Positions 1 through 9,130 of a stretch of 64,000 nucleotides of DNA are shown here, piece by piece. The notes under the pieces were generated by a model. That model saw nothing but the letters and a program-made list of their open reading frames with translations, did not search any database and had not been told where the DNA came from. The stretch covers positions 1,600,001-1,664,000 of the forward strand of contig CBDFLE010000005.1 of assembly GCA_965248925.1 (NCBI GenBank), written 5' to 3'. The translations under genes were made by a program, and so were the position numbers. This stretch comes from Candidatus Multivoradales bacterium. Its GTDB lineage: Bacteria > Acidobacteriota > Thermoanaerobaculia > Multivoradales > J023. Position 1 is the first letter of the stretch. Each line of letters begins with the position of its first letter.

Positions 1-1031
1 ATGTGCCGATCGCTTGGCAACGCTCGCGGCTGAGTGGCGAACTAGCCTTCGATGTGGCCAAGAAGAGCCGGCTGACTTTCTTGCTCGAACACCGCGAGAC
101 CGACCGCGAGTTTCGCGAAGTGGCCAAGTCGGAAGAAGACCGGTTCAAAGTCTCCTATGACTCCAAGCCCCACGACTGGCTGGAACTCAAACTCTCCTAC
201 TTGCTTTCCGAGCGCCGCATCGACACCTACGACTTCGCCCAATTCTTCAGCGAACAAGGCAGAACCCGCTTCATCCCGGTGTTGCCGCTGCTGCGCAAAT
301 TCGACCAGGCCGAGCGCGACCGCGATCGCTGGCAACTGATCGTCTCGTTCTACCCCAATGACTCGTTGCAAATCGTCACCTCGGCGATTGTCGGCAACGA
401 CACCTATCCGGATTCCGAATTCGGCCTACAGAGTTCCGATCACCGCATCTATTCGGCCGATCTGGCGTGGACCGCCAACCCTCGCTTCAGCCTCTACAGC
501 TCGCTCAGCTGGGAGAACTTCGACAAAACCCAGCGCTCACGGCAGTGGCAGTTCTTCCAAGCCGGCGACCCCTTCAATCTGGAACCTGGAGTGGCGTCGA
601 ACAGCAATTGGCGGGCCGATCACAGCGACGATATTCAGACCTTCACCGCTGGGCTGGAGGCGGTCCTGGTGCCTGACAAAGTGAAGTTCGAATGTGTTCT
701 GACTTGGGTCGAGACCGATGGTGAGATCCTGCTGTCGAGCCCCATCGGCGAGGTCGATGCCAATCCCTTTGATCCGGCCGATTTTCGCTCGGTCGACGAT
801 GTTGAGATCCTCACCCTGCAACCCAAGCTCGAACTCACCCTGGGCGAGCATCTGGCCCTTGAAGCTTCTTACTTCCGCGAGGAATACAGCATTGACGACA
901 TCGGTACTCAGGGCTATCGCCTGGTGCCGGTGACCCGCGACGGTGCGTTCAACGGCGCCATTCTGATGGGCAGCCAACCCACCAACTACGATCTCGACGT
1001 GGTCTACCTGACTTTGAAGCTGGGTCTGTGA
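1..1031 (+). CDS. MtrB/PioB family outer-membrane beta-barrel (5' end outside window)
   Basis: Alternating beta-strand pattern; LPLLRKFDQAERDRDR and NDTYPDSEFGLQ resemble MtrB/PioB conserved blocks; C-terminal hydrophobic strand VVYLTLKLGL. Confidence 0.8.
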   Translation, partial: VPIAWQRSRLSGELAFDVAKKSRLTFLLEHRETDREFREVAKSEEDRFKVSYDSKPHDWLELKLSYLLSERRIDTYDFAQFFSEQGRTRFIPVLPLLRKFDQAERDRDRWQLIVSFYPNDSLQIVTSAIVGNDTYPDSEFGLQSSDHRIYSADLAWTANPRFSLYSSLSWENFDKTQRSRQWQFFQAGDPFNLEPGVASNSNWRADHSDDIQTFTAGLEAVLVPDKVKFECVLTWVETDGEILLSSPIGEVDANPFDPADFRSVDDVEILTLQPKLELTLGEHLALEASYFREEYSIDDIGTQGYRLVPVTRDGAFNGAILMGSQPTNYDLDVVYLTLKLGL

Positions 1032-1042
1032 GGAGGTCACCG

Positions 1043-2032
1043 ATGCGCTACCTACCGACCCCCGCAGGCCTACTAAAGGCCCTCGTCGCAGTCTTGCTGC
1101 TGCTTCATCTGGCAGCCACGGCGACCGCCCAGGACGATTGGGGCGACGAGAGCGACAGCGCCTGCGGCGGCCTGCTCGACGATCCCCAAAGACTGGCCGA
1201 AGTGCTGGCGCAAGTGCCCAAGTACGGCACCTCCTGGGCCTTGGTCTTCTCCGACCAGCTCGGCGACCGCGCGCCAAGCGCCGAGCAGCAAGATCTGTCG
1301 TCGCTTTCGGTAGCCACCTTGGCCGACAGCCCGGCGCTGGCGATGGCCGCCGAACTCGGCCAGCCGAACACCACCCCCTACCCACAGGCCAACGCCGGCA
1401 GCGCCGTCGAAGACGTGCTGGCGGGGACGATCGACAGCGCCCTACTATGGGCCCCCTTGGCCGGTCTGGCGGTGCTCGAACTCGACTTCGACTACACCTT
1501 GAGCCTGCTCGGCGTCGGCCCACCGGCTGGACCCGGCGCGGCAAATGCTGGCGCTAGTGCCGCCGCGGCAGCGCCCCTCGACCCTTGTGCCGAAGAAATC
1601 CTCATTACCCTCGAATCCTACGGCGTGGTGCCAGCTGAAAAACGCCAACCGGTCTACATCCGTGACTTGATCCTGTTGCCGGCCCCCGAGCGCAGCCTCG
1701 ACAGCGCCCATTTGGGGGCGCCGATCTACGCCCTGCAATGCGCCAAATGTCATGGCGTCGAAGGGATCGCCGCCAGCGACTCCCTAGCGCCGGTCGATCT
1801 GCAGATCTCGGTGCGCCGCTTCAGTTGGCCAGGCTTTCTCTACATCGCGCTCAACGGCCGGCCGCAGAACGGCATGCCGGGCTTCCGTGGCGCCATCGAG
1901 CGCCAGCAGCTGGAGGAGATCTATCAGTACGTCCGCGAGCGTAGCTACGGTACCCTGACGGTCACCGGCAACTACCCGGTACCCGGCAGCGAGTCAGCAG
2001 CAGTCGCCCAAGACTCGTCATCCGACCCCTAG
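1043..2032 (+). CDS. Periplasmic XoxJ/MxaJ-like binding domain fused to monoheme cytochrome c
   Basis: GGAGG RBS then ATG 1043; signal peptide; DVLAGTIDSALLWAPLAG and EEILITLESYGVV resemble MxaJ/XoxJ; CAKCH heme motif with distal GMPGF Met ligand. Confidence 0.7.
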   Translation: MRYLPTPAGLLKALVAVLLLLHLAATATAQDDWGDESDSACGGLLDDPQRLAEVLAQVPKYGTSWALVFSDQLGDRAPSAEQQDLSSLSVATLADSPALAMAAELGQPNTTPYPQANAGSAVEDVLAGTIDSALLWAPLAGLAVLELDFDYTLSLLGVGPPAGPGAANAGASAAAAAPLDPCAEEILITLESYGVVPAEKRQPVYIRDLILLPAPERSLDSAHLGAPIYALQCAKCHGVEGIAASDSLAPVDLQISVRRFSWPGFLYIALNGRPQNGMPGFRGAIERQQLEEIYQYVRERSYGTLTVTGNYPVPGSESAAVAQDSSSDP

Positions 2033-2054
2033 TCCAGAAACAAGGAGCGCAGAT

Positions 2055-2858
2055 ATGACCTCCCGACCCACCCTCCACCGGCGCCTGCTGCAAACTGCGC
2101 TAGTGCTGATTTTGACCGCCGGCTTCCTCGCCCCGACCACCGCCAGCGCCGATGGCACCATCGAAGGCAAGGTGGTCTTCAGCGGCAAACCGCGGCGCAA
2201 CCCGCTGATCCGCATGGGCGCCGATCCCAACTGCCTGGAGATCAACCAGGGCAAGAAAGTCGTGAACCACATCGTCAAACTCGGCGAAGGCGGTGCGGTC
2301 GGCGAGGTCTTCGTCCACCTCACCGGTGAAGTAACCTACAGCGGCGGCGTGCCAACCAAGCCCGTGGTGATCGTTCAAGAAGGCTGCATCTACCATCCCA
2401 AGGTCAGCGGTGGCATGGTCGGCCAGACCCTCAAGGTGATCAACAAAGACGCTACCTTGCACAACATCCATGCGATCTCCGACAAACGCAACAACTTCAA
2501 CGTCGGCCAGCCCAAAGCGGGCATGGAATACGAGACCAAGCTCGCTTCCGCGGAAGTCATGCTAAAGGTGAAATGCGACGTCCACCCGTGGATGCAGGGC
2601 TACATCGGTGTGCTCTCCCATCCCTACTTCGCAGTCACTAACGACGACGGTACTTTCCGCATCGAGAACGTGCCGGCTGGCAGCTACTCCCTACAAGCCC
2701 TGCAAGCCCGCCTGGGCACCGAAGACCAGCAGATCGAGGTCAAGGACGGCGAAACCGTGACCGTCGAATTCACCTACGGCCCGCCCACCTCCGCCGAGCT
2801 TTTCGACGGCGGCTTGCCGGTTAAAGAGCTGACCGTCCACACCGCCGCGGCACGCTAG
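2055..2858 (+). CDS. Exported cupredoxin-like / carboxypeptidase-regulatory-like domain protein
   Basis: Signal peptide (RR-containing); HNIH and KCDVHPWM give a His/Cys/His/Met type-1 copper-like set; C-terminal DGTFRIENVPAGSY beta-sandwich. Confidence 0.7.
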   Translation: MTSRPTLHRRLLQTALVLILTAGFLAPTTASADGTIEGKVVFSGKPRRNPLIRMGADPNCLEINQGKKVVNHIVKLGEGGAVGEVFVHLTGEVTYSGGVPTKPVVIVQEGCIYHPKVSGGMVGQTLKVINKDATLHNIHAISDKRNNFNVGQPKAGMEYETKLASAEVMLKVKCDVHPWMQGYIGVLSHPYFAVTNDDGTFRIENVPAGSYSLQALQARLGTEDQQIEVKDGETVTVEFTYGPPTSAELFDGGLPVKELTVHTAAAR

Positions 2859-2903
2859 GGTCGTAGAGAGGCCGACCGCCGGTAGCTTGAGCGCAAACCC
2901 CGG

Positions 2904-4007
2904 ATGAGCCTCACTATCGGCATCGACGGCCGCTACCTTGAGCCGAGCTACCCAGGAATCGGCCGTTACTTGCGCGGGTTATTAAGCGCACTGCCCGCCG
3001 CCGCCGAAGGCGAACGCTTGCGGCTGCTACAGCACCCTGGAGCCGGCCCAGCGCCAGCCGGATTCGAGCCCGTGCCCTGCCCCACCCCACTCCGTGGTCT
3101 GGGGCACCAATTTAGCCTGCCAGCCGCCGCGCGGAGTCTGGACTTGGATCTCTTTCACGCTCCCTTCTATCTCACCGCCTATCGCATGCCCTGCCCCTGG
3201 GTGGTGACGGTTTACGACGCCATCCCGGCGCGCTGGCCCTTGCCAACGCTGAGCGCTCGCTTAGCCTGGCGACTGGCGATGCGTCTTGCCCTGCGCCGCG
3301 CCCGCCACATTTTGACCTTGACGCAGGCCGCCAAGGACGAGCTGGCAACACACTTCGGCATCTCGTCGCAGAAGATAACCGTCACCCCGGCGGCCGCCAG
3401 CAAGCAGTTCGCCCCCCAATCACCGACTGCCATCGAGGCGCTGCGCCAACGCCTGCGGCTAGACCAGCCCTACGTTCTCTATGTCGGTGTCGACCGGCCA
3501 CATAAGAACCTGCCGAGACTGATCGAGGCGTGGGCCGAACTGCGCCGCTCGGGAGTCTTCCACGGCGAGTTGGTGCTGGCCGGCCAGCGTGATCCACGCT
3601 TTCCCCAGAGCGAACAGACCGTCCGCCGGCTGGGACTCAACGACGTGCGCTTCCTCGGACCGGTCGATGAGACCGACTTGCCGGCTCTCTATGCCGGTGC
3701 CGAGCTATTCGTCCTGCCCTCCCTGCACGAGGGCTTTGGCCTGCCAGTGATCGAGGCCATGGCCTGCGGCACTGCGGTGGCTTGTGCCAACGGCTCCAGC
3801 CTGCCCGAAGTCGCAGGCAGCGCGGCACGGTTGTTCGACGGCGAGCGACCTGCAGCTATCGCCGAGGCCCTGGCCGATGTGTTGAGCGCTCCAGATCTGC
3901 GCCAAGAACTCGAGCGCCGCGGCCAACAACGCGCCGCGGCCCTATCCTGGAACAACACCGCCCGACTGACCGTCGAGGTCTACCGCCGAGTGGCCGCTGG
4001 AATCTAA
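2904..4007 (+). CDS. Glycosyltransferase family 4 (MtfB-like)
   Basis: IDGR..GIGRY N-terminus; HKNL; EGFGLPVIEAMACG signature. Confidence 0.92.
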   Translation: MSLTIGIDGRYLEPSYPGIGRYLRGLLSALPAAAEGERLRLLQHPGAGPAPAGFEPVPCPTPLRGLGHQFSLPAAARSLDLDLFHAPFYLTAYRMPCPWVVTVYDAIPARWPLPTLSARLAWRLAMRLALRRARHILTLTQAAKDELATHFGISSQKITVTPAAASKQFAPQSPTAIEALRQRLRLDQPYVLYVGVDRPHKNLPRLIEAWAELRRSGVFHGELVLAGQRDPRFPQSEQTVRRLGLNDVRFLGPVDETDLPALYAGAELFVLPSLHEGFGLPVIEAMACGTAVACANGSSLPEVAGSAARLFDGERPAAIAEALADVLSAPDLRQELERRGQQRAAALSWNNTARLTVEVYRRVAAGI

Positions 4008-4010
4008 GCG

Positions 4011-5129
4011 GTGCGCATCCTGCACGTCTACAAAGACTACCCACCGGTGCTCGGTGGCATCGAAGGCCATCTCCAGCTGCTCGCCGAAGGCCAGGCCAGG
4101 CTCGGTCATCAGGTCACCGTACTGGTCACCGCGCGCGGCCCGCGCACCACCGTTCGCCACGAAAACGGCGTCGAAGTCATCCGCGCCGCCCGCCTAGCCA
4201 CCCTCGCCTCGACCCCCCTCAGCCTGAGCTTGCCTCGCCAGTTGGCGACACTGCGTCCCGACCTGACCCATCTACAATTCCCCTATCCACCGGGCGAGCT
4301 GGCCCAGCTGCTGCTCGGCCGTTCGCGAGCCACGGTAGTGACCTACCAGAGCGACATCGTCCGTCAGCGCCTGCTCGGCTGGCTCTACCGGCCGCTGATG
4401 TGGCGTCTGCTGCGTCGTGCCGACGCGATCCTCGCCACCAGCGCGGCCTACCGCGACAGCTCGCCGGTGCTGAGCCGGCTCGGTGAGCGGTGCCGGGTCG
4501 TGCCCCTGGGCATCGATGTCGAGCGCTTTAGCCAGTCAGACCCACGGTCCGTCACGGACTTCGAGAGACGATTCCCAGAGCCAAGGATTCTGTTTGTCGG
4601 CAGGCTGCGTTACTACAAAGGAGTCGAGCATCTGATCGATGCCATGGCCCAGCTCGGTAAAGCGAGCCTGTTGATCGCCGGCCGCGGCCCACTCGAAGAC
4701 AAATTACATCGTCAGGCAGCGGCTTCACCGGTCGCGGATCGCATCCATTTCCTCGGCGACATTCCGGCCGCCGACCTACCGGCCCTCTATCAAGCCGCCG
4801 ATATCTTTGTCCTACCAGCCACCCGCCGCAGCGAAGCCTTCGGCTTGGTACAAGTCGAAGCCATGGCCGCCGGCCTGCCGGTGATCTCCACCGAACTCGG
4901 CACCGGCACCAGCTTCGTCAACCGCCACGGCGAAACCGGCCTGGTCGTGCCGCCGGCAGATACCGACGCGCTGGCGACAGCGCTGAGCGAGCTGCTCGGC
5001 TCGGTTGAGGAACGGCGACGGCTAGGGGACGGGGCTCGACGCCGCGCTTGGCAACGCTTTGATGTTCGGCAGATGATTGAGAGGACTCTGGAGGTTTATT
5101 CTGAAGTGCTGACAGACCACACTCACTGA
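4011..5129 (+). CDS. Glycosyltransferase family 4
   Basis: MRILHVYKDYPP..GGIE; FVGRLRYYKG; EAFGLVQVEAMAAG. Confidence 0.92.
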   Translation: MRILHVYKDYPPVLGGIEGHLQLLAEGQARLGHQVTVLVTARGPRTTVRHENGVEVIRAARLATLASTPLSLSLPRQLATLRPDLTHLQFPYPPGELAQLLLGRSRATVVTYQSDIVRQRLLGWLYRPLMWRLLRRADAILATSAAYRDSSPVLSRLGERCRVVPLGIDVERFSQSDPRSVTDFERRFPEPRILFVGRLRYYKGVEHLIDAMAQLGKASLLIAGRGPLEDKLHRQAAASPVADRIHFLGDIPAADLPALYQAADIFVLPATRRSEAFGLVQVEAMAAGLPVISTELGTGTSFVNRHGETGLVVPPADTDALATALSELLGSVEERRRLGDGARRRAWQRFDVRQMIERTLEVYSEVLTDHTH

Positions 5130-5181
5130 CCGCCGACCTCGTACCCCGCTCCCGCAGCAAGATCGCGTGGGCATTGGTGGC

Positions 5182-5232
5182 CCCTCGCTCCCTTCTGAAT
5201 GGCTCGATCACGGTCTTGAAGGTTGCTTCGTG
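5182..5232 (-). pseudogene. Short degenerate relic of epimerase 3' end
   Basis: Minus strand reads HEATFKTVIEPFRRERG versus epimerase C-terminus LDETLRTVVEFQRRHSG. Confidence 0.45.
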
Positions 5233-5240
5233 ACTGCGGC

Positions 5241-5735
5241 TCAGGACTGTGATCCCAGGACGAAGCGCGCCCGCTCACCGCGCAGCATAGCGTATGGCGT
5301 CATGCACTTGATCCCGAGGCCGATACAGGCATCGGGGATCTTGATCCTGCGCTCGCTGGCCGATGGTATCTCGTGAGTCACCACGGTATGGCCGTAGGCG
5401 TGGGCCTGGGGGACCAAGTAGTAGTCCGCCACCTGCAGGAAGGTGTTGACCGCGGAGGGAAAGTAGCTCTGGCTGGTGGCCCAGACACTGACCACGGACA
5501 GGGAAGACAGCAAGGCCGACTCGGGCTGCAGAAAGAAACCCGCGCCGCGCTCGGCCGCCCAGAGCGACAGCTCGTCTGCCCCTGCTTGCACTTCGTCGCC
5601 CACTTTCTCCACGCTGTAGACAGTACCGGCCGTATTCTGCTCGATCAACCACTCCCAGAACGCCGGACAGAAGTCCAGCCCATAGTGCAGGTTCTTGGCC
5701 CGGATGAAAACGTCGGCATCGAGAAGGTAAGCCAT
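5241..5735 (-). CDS. DUF4411 family PIN-like protein (putative toxin)
   Basis: YLLDADVFI PIN-like start, FCPAFWEWL, ADYYLV, VVTHE, KIPDAC; coupled to upstream peptidase gene. Confidence 0.85.
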   Translation of the reverse strand: MAYLLDADVFIRAKNLHYGLDFCPAFWEWLIEQNTAGTVYSVEKVGDEVQAGADELSLWAAERGAGFFLQPESALLSSLSVVSVWATSQSYFPSAVNTFLQVADYYLVPQAHAYGHTVVTHEIPSASERRIKIPDACIGLGIKCMTPYAMLRGERARFVLGSQS

Positions 5736-6880
5736 TACACCGGAATCCCCAAACTGTGGCCGAGTTCCCGGAAAGTGGCCATCTTCTTGAAGCCCAGCAG
5801 CCGAAAGGACTCAGTGAACGACGAGCGCCCTTCGAGGGTGCTGACCACCAGCGCCCGTGCGAAGCGCCGGCTCACCCGCGCTCCCAGGGTGAGGTAGAAG
5901 TTGCCGCCGCTGCCGCGAGGCAGGCTGTGTAGCCGTTCTAGCTCAGCGTGGAAGGCGGTCCAGTAGGTCGAGTCTTCGAACCCGCCAGCATCGTGGATCC
6001 GGCGGAGAATCACCAGCGTGCTCACTTTGAACCGTCGTGCCAAGCGATGGATCTCGCCCGCCAGTTCAGCGCCTGAATCAAAGGCTTCACGAACGGCAAC
6101 CAGCGGCACGAGGACTTCGGCAGCCACCTGATTGCACCAACGTTCGACCCGGTGTTTCGGCGGGCTCGAAGCCTGGGAATCCGAAAGGGCCGATTGGCCG
6201 AGCCAGAGGTGAACGAGTTCATGGGCCAAGGTGAACATCTGGGCAGCCTTGGTGTCGCTGCCGTTGATGAACACCAGCGGCGCCAGCTCGTCGACCAAGG
6301 CGAAGCCGCGGAACTCTCGCGGGTCGAGTTTGCGCCGGTTGTTGCTGCCCACCACTCCGCTCACCATGACCAAGATTCCCGCGGCGTCCGCCAATCGGAT
6401 AAAACGGCGCAGGGCTTCGGTCCAGGTCCCTAGCTGACGGCGTTCTTCGAGGTCGAGTCCAAGCTCCTGACGAATACGGGCAGCTGTCGACACGACATCG
6501 TCCAAGATTTCGACCGAGCCGACGAAGCCCAGTGGAGTTTCGCCCATGGTGCGAGCAAAGTCTCGATACCACTCCTGGCGTTGCTGGCAAAGGTAGAGCG
6601 TCTCCAAAAGATCCGCACTCGGCTTGGCGACCGGCTGGTCGGCTATGGTACGGAAATCAGGGATGGGGACGGACTCAGCCGGCGGCTCCGGGAGGAATAG
6701 CAAGCCGATCGGGGTATGAGTGCTGTTGGCAAACTTCTCGAGCTGCTTCAAAGTCGGTAGCCGCTCGCCCCGCTCCCAAGCGGCTAGCTGCGGAATCCGC
6801 CGGGTCAACTCGGCCGGCTCGATGCGGGAACGCTCGCAGGCCCAGCGCAATAGCTCCGGGCGAATACGGACGCGATTCAT
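5735..6880 (-). CDS. XRE-HTH + ImmA/IrrE Zn metallopeptidase (putative antitoxin/regulator)
   Basis: N-terminal HTH (WERGERLPTLKQL); FTLAHELVH HExxH; VERWCNQVAAE. Confidence 0.9.
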   Translation of the reverse strand: MNRVRIRPELLRWACERSRIEPAELTRRIPQLAAWERGERLPTLKQLEKFANSTHTPIGLLFLPEPPAESVPIPDFRTIADQPVAKPSADLLETLYLCQQRQEWYRDFARTMGETPLGFVGSVEILDDVVSTAARIRQELGLDLEERRQLGTWTEALRRFIRLADAAGILVMVSGVVGSNNRRKLDPREFRGFALVDELAPLVFINGSDTKAAQMFTLAHELVHLWLGQSALSDSQASSPPKHRVERWCNQVAAEVLVPLVAVREAFDSGAELAGEIHRLARRFKVSTLVILRRIHDAGGFEDSTYWTAFHAELERLHSLPRGSGGNFYLTLGARVSRRFARALVVSTLEGRSSFTESFRLLGFKKMATFRELGHSLGIPV

Positions 6881-6939
6881 TCAGCTTGCTCCCCAAGGTC
6901 AACAATGGCGAATGGATCGGTGCAGACGGCGACAATGAC

Positions 6940-6960
6940 GAGAATCGTACAGTAATTCTC
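6940..6960. promoter_or_regulatory. Candidate operator palindrome upstream of ImmA-like gene
   Basis: GAGAAT-N9-ATTCTC overlapping a TACGAT -10-like hexamer on the minus strand. Confidence 0.3.
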
Positions 6961-6991
6961 AAGGATGAGGAAAAGGCTGCAAAATGCATAC

Positions 6992-7026
6992 ACCGCGGGC
7001 ACTTTGTCATGCAAAGTGCCCGCGGT
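6992..7026. terminator. Perfect 15-bp hairpin (terminator or operator)
   Basis: ACCGCGGGCACTTTG-TCATG-CAAAGTGCCCGCGGT; T-rich sequence follows on the minus strand. Confidence 0.5.
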
Positions 7027-7084
7027 ATGAGCAGAATGCACGATTTCGGTTGGCTCGAACGGATGGCTACAGCTCAAGACCACC

Positions 7085-7260
7085 CAGTCGTCACCCTGGC
7101 GGCGCTGGAACTCCACCACCCAGCGCAACGTCTCGTCGAACCCCAGCGACGGTCGCCAGCCGACCAGCTCACCGATCTTGCTGATCGACGGCAGCCGGCG
7201 GCGCATATCTCCGAAGCCAGGTCCGTCGGCATCTTCATAGGGCACCCGACGGATGATCGC
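7085..7260 (-). pseudogene. Diverged duplicate of the epimerase 3' end (about 175 bp)
   Basis: IRRVPYEDADGPGFGDMRRRLPSISKIGELVGWRPSLGFDETLRWVVEFQRR aligns with 8100-8273 IRRVPYEEAYGPGFEDMRRRLPSIDKIAELVGWRPSLGLDETLRTVVEFQRR. Confidence 0.9.
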
Positions 7261-7271
7261 CATGGTCCACG

Positions 7272-7619
7272 CTATTCGCGGTCGATCGCTGCCAGAAGAG
7301 CTTTCAGCTGAGGCAAGAGCTGCCGCAGCTCGTCGTTCGCAGTCTTCCAAACCATGTCGTGATTGATGTCGAAGTAGGCGTGGATCAGGCGGTTGCGCAT
7401 CGATACGATCAGCGGCCAAGGAATGTCGGGCGCCTCACTTCTGGTCGCCTCAGACAGCTGGCCCGCTGCCTCACCGATAACCTCGATCGCCCTGATCAGG
7501 GCGAAGAGGAGCATGCGATCGGAATCTAGATCAGCGCGTTCTCGACCCGATACGAATTCAAGCGCTGTCTCCGCGGCTTCGATGATGTGTAGCACCCGGA
7601 CTCGATCGTCAGGCTGCAT
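7272..7619 (-). CDS. HepT-like HEPN ribonuclease toxin (DUF86)
   Basis: IEVIGEAA; PDIPW; MRNRLIHAYF Rx4H motif. Confidence 0.9.
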   Translation of the reverse strand: MQPDDRVRVLHIIEAAETALEFVSGRERADLDSDRMLLFALIRAIEVIGEAAGQLSEATRSEAPDIPWPLIVSMRNRLIHAYFDINHDMVWKTANDELRQLLPQLKALLAAIDRE

Positions 7620-7908
7620 ACTGCACCTCAGCCTGCCGTACCACCTCTTCTCGAAAGTGGCGGCTCAGGTCTTGCGCCGTTCGCAGGTCTACGCGGCGAC
7701 CGCGCAACAAAGCCGACAACTCCGCTTCGATCGCCGCCAAGCCCAGGAGTCCTGGGACCGCACCGGGCTCGAATTCCACCAATAGGTCAACATCGCTTTC
7801 GAGCCTATCCTCGCCTTTGAGAACGGAGCCGAAAAGAGACAGTTGGGCGATGCGATGACGGCGGCAAAGCCTCTCCAAGTCTTCCTTGTCCAGTGGAAGT
7901 CGTGTCAT
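7609..7908 (-). CDS. MNT minimal nucleotidyltransferase antitoxin
   Basis: LFGSVLKGE..SDVDLLVEF; VDL; overlaps HEPN gene. Confidence 0.9.
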   Translation of the reverse strand: MTRLPLDKEDLERLCRRHRIAQLSLFGSVLKGEDRLESDVDLLVEFEPGAVPGLLGLAAIEAELSALLRGRRVDLRTAQDLSRHFREEVVRQAEVQYAA

Positions 7909-8098
7909 TTTTTCGGCGGCTCCTGGTCACCTTCCATGGCGATGTCGGCAGGCGCCACCTACACGACGGCGCCGTCTCGGCACGTTGCAACAGGATTCTC
8001 TGCCTGCTCTCTACCGGATCCTACCCAAGGCTACCAGCGAAATCTGATCTCTCAGGCTCTTGCTCGAGACAACCTGAAAGACCGCTCTCGCCGACCCC

Positions 8099-9130
8099 TC
8101 AGTCGCCACTGTGGCGGCGCTGGAACTCCACCACTGTGCGCAGTGTTTCATCAAGCCCCAGCGACGGTCGCCAACCGACCAGCTCAGCGATCTTGTCGAT
8201 CGACGGTAGCCGGCGGCGCATATCCTCGAAGCCGGGTCCATAAGCCTCTTCGTAGGGCACTCGGCGAATCGCCGTTGCCGGGTCGGCCTCTGGGCGCACC
8301 AGCTGCAGAACCCGACGGGCCAACTCGATGACTGAGATTTCCTCGGTCGAGCCAATATTAAACACTTCGCCGACCGCATCTGGATGCTCGGCCAACGCCA
8401 GAATACCGCGCACGGCGTCGCTCACATGGCAGAAGCAGCGGCACTGCTCACCGTCGTCATAGACGGTCAACGGCTCCCCGGCCAGCGCTTGCTGCACGAA
8501 GCGTGGAATCACCATGCCGTAGCGACCCCGTTGGCGCGGGCCGACAGTGTTGAATAAACGCACGATCACCACCGGCAGATCGTGCTGCCGGTGATAGGCC
8601 AGCGACAAGTGCTCGGCGGCGACTTTGGAGGAAGCGTAGCTCCACCGCGCCTTCGAGGTCGGCCCCAACATCAGATCATCGCCCTCGCTAAACGGCACCT
8701 GGTCGCTCTTGCCATAGACCTCGGAGGTAGAAGTCAGCAAGAAGCGCTTGCGGTAGCGAGTACACATGCTGAGCACTGATTGGCTGCCCAGGATGTTGTT
8801 CTCCAGCGCATGCACCGGATCCTGGACCACCAGCTCTACCCCAACCGCCGACGCCAGGTGGAAGACCATGTCCGAGTCGCGCACCAGATGATCGAGCACC
8901 ACCTCATGAGTGATGCTGTCGATGGCGAGGGTGAAGCGCGGGTGACCTTCCAGATGGGCGATATTCTCCAGCCTGCCGGTGGAGAGATCGTCAATCACCG
9001 CCACCTGGCAGCCGCGTTCGAGCAGCTCTTCCACCAGGTAGCTACCGACGAAACCAGCACCGCCGGTGACCAGTACGCGGCACCCCGCTGCAAGCCGCAG
9101 GGAGGACCGCTCGGGCTCTGCTTCATCCAT
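8099..9130 (-). CDS. NAD-dependent sugar epimerase/dehydratase (extended SDR)
   Basis: GGAGFVG, STSEVYG, YASSK, RLFNTVGP. Confidence 0.93.
   Translation of the reverse strand: MDEAEPERSSLRLAAGCRVLVTGGAGFVGSYLVEELLERGCQVAVIDDLSTGRLENIAHLEGHPRFTLAIDSITHEVVLDHLVRDSDMVFHLASAVGVELVVQDPVHALENNILGSQSVLSMCTRYRKRFLLTSTSEVYGKSDQVPFSEGDDLMLGPTSKARWSYASSKVAAEHLSLAYHRQHDLPVVIVRLFNTVGPRQRGRYGMVIPRFVQQALAGEPLTVYDDGEQCRCFCHVSDAVRGILALAEHPDAVGEVFNIGSTEEISVIELARRVLQLVRPEADPATAIRRVPYEEAYGPGFEDMRRRLPSIDKIAELVGWRPSLGLDETLRTVVEFQRRHSGD

Noticed and set aside
6877-7419. 180-aa ORF as a real gene
   Set aside because: Chimeric readthrough of the HEPN alternate frame, the epimerase relic and intergenic DNA
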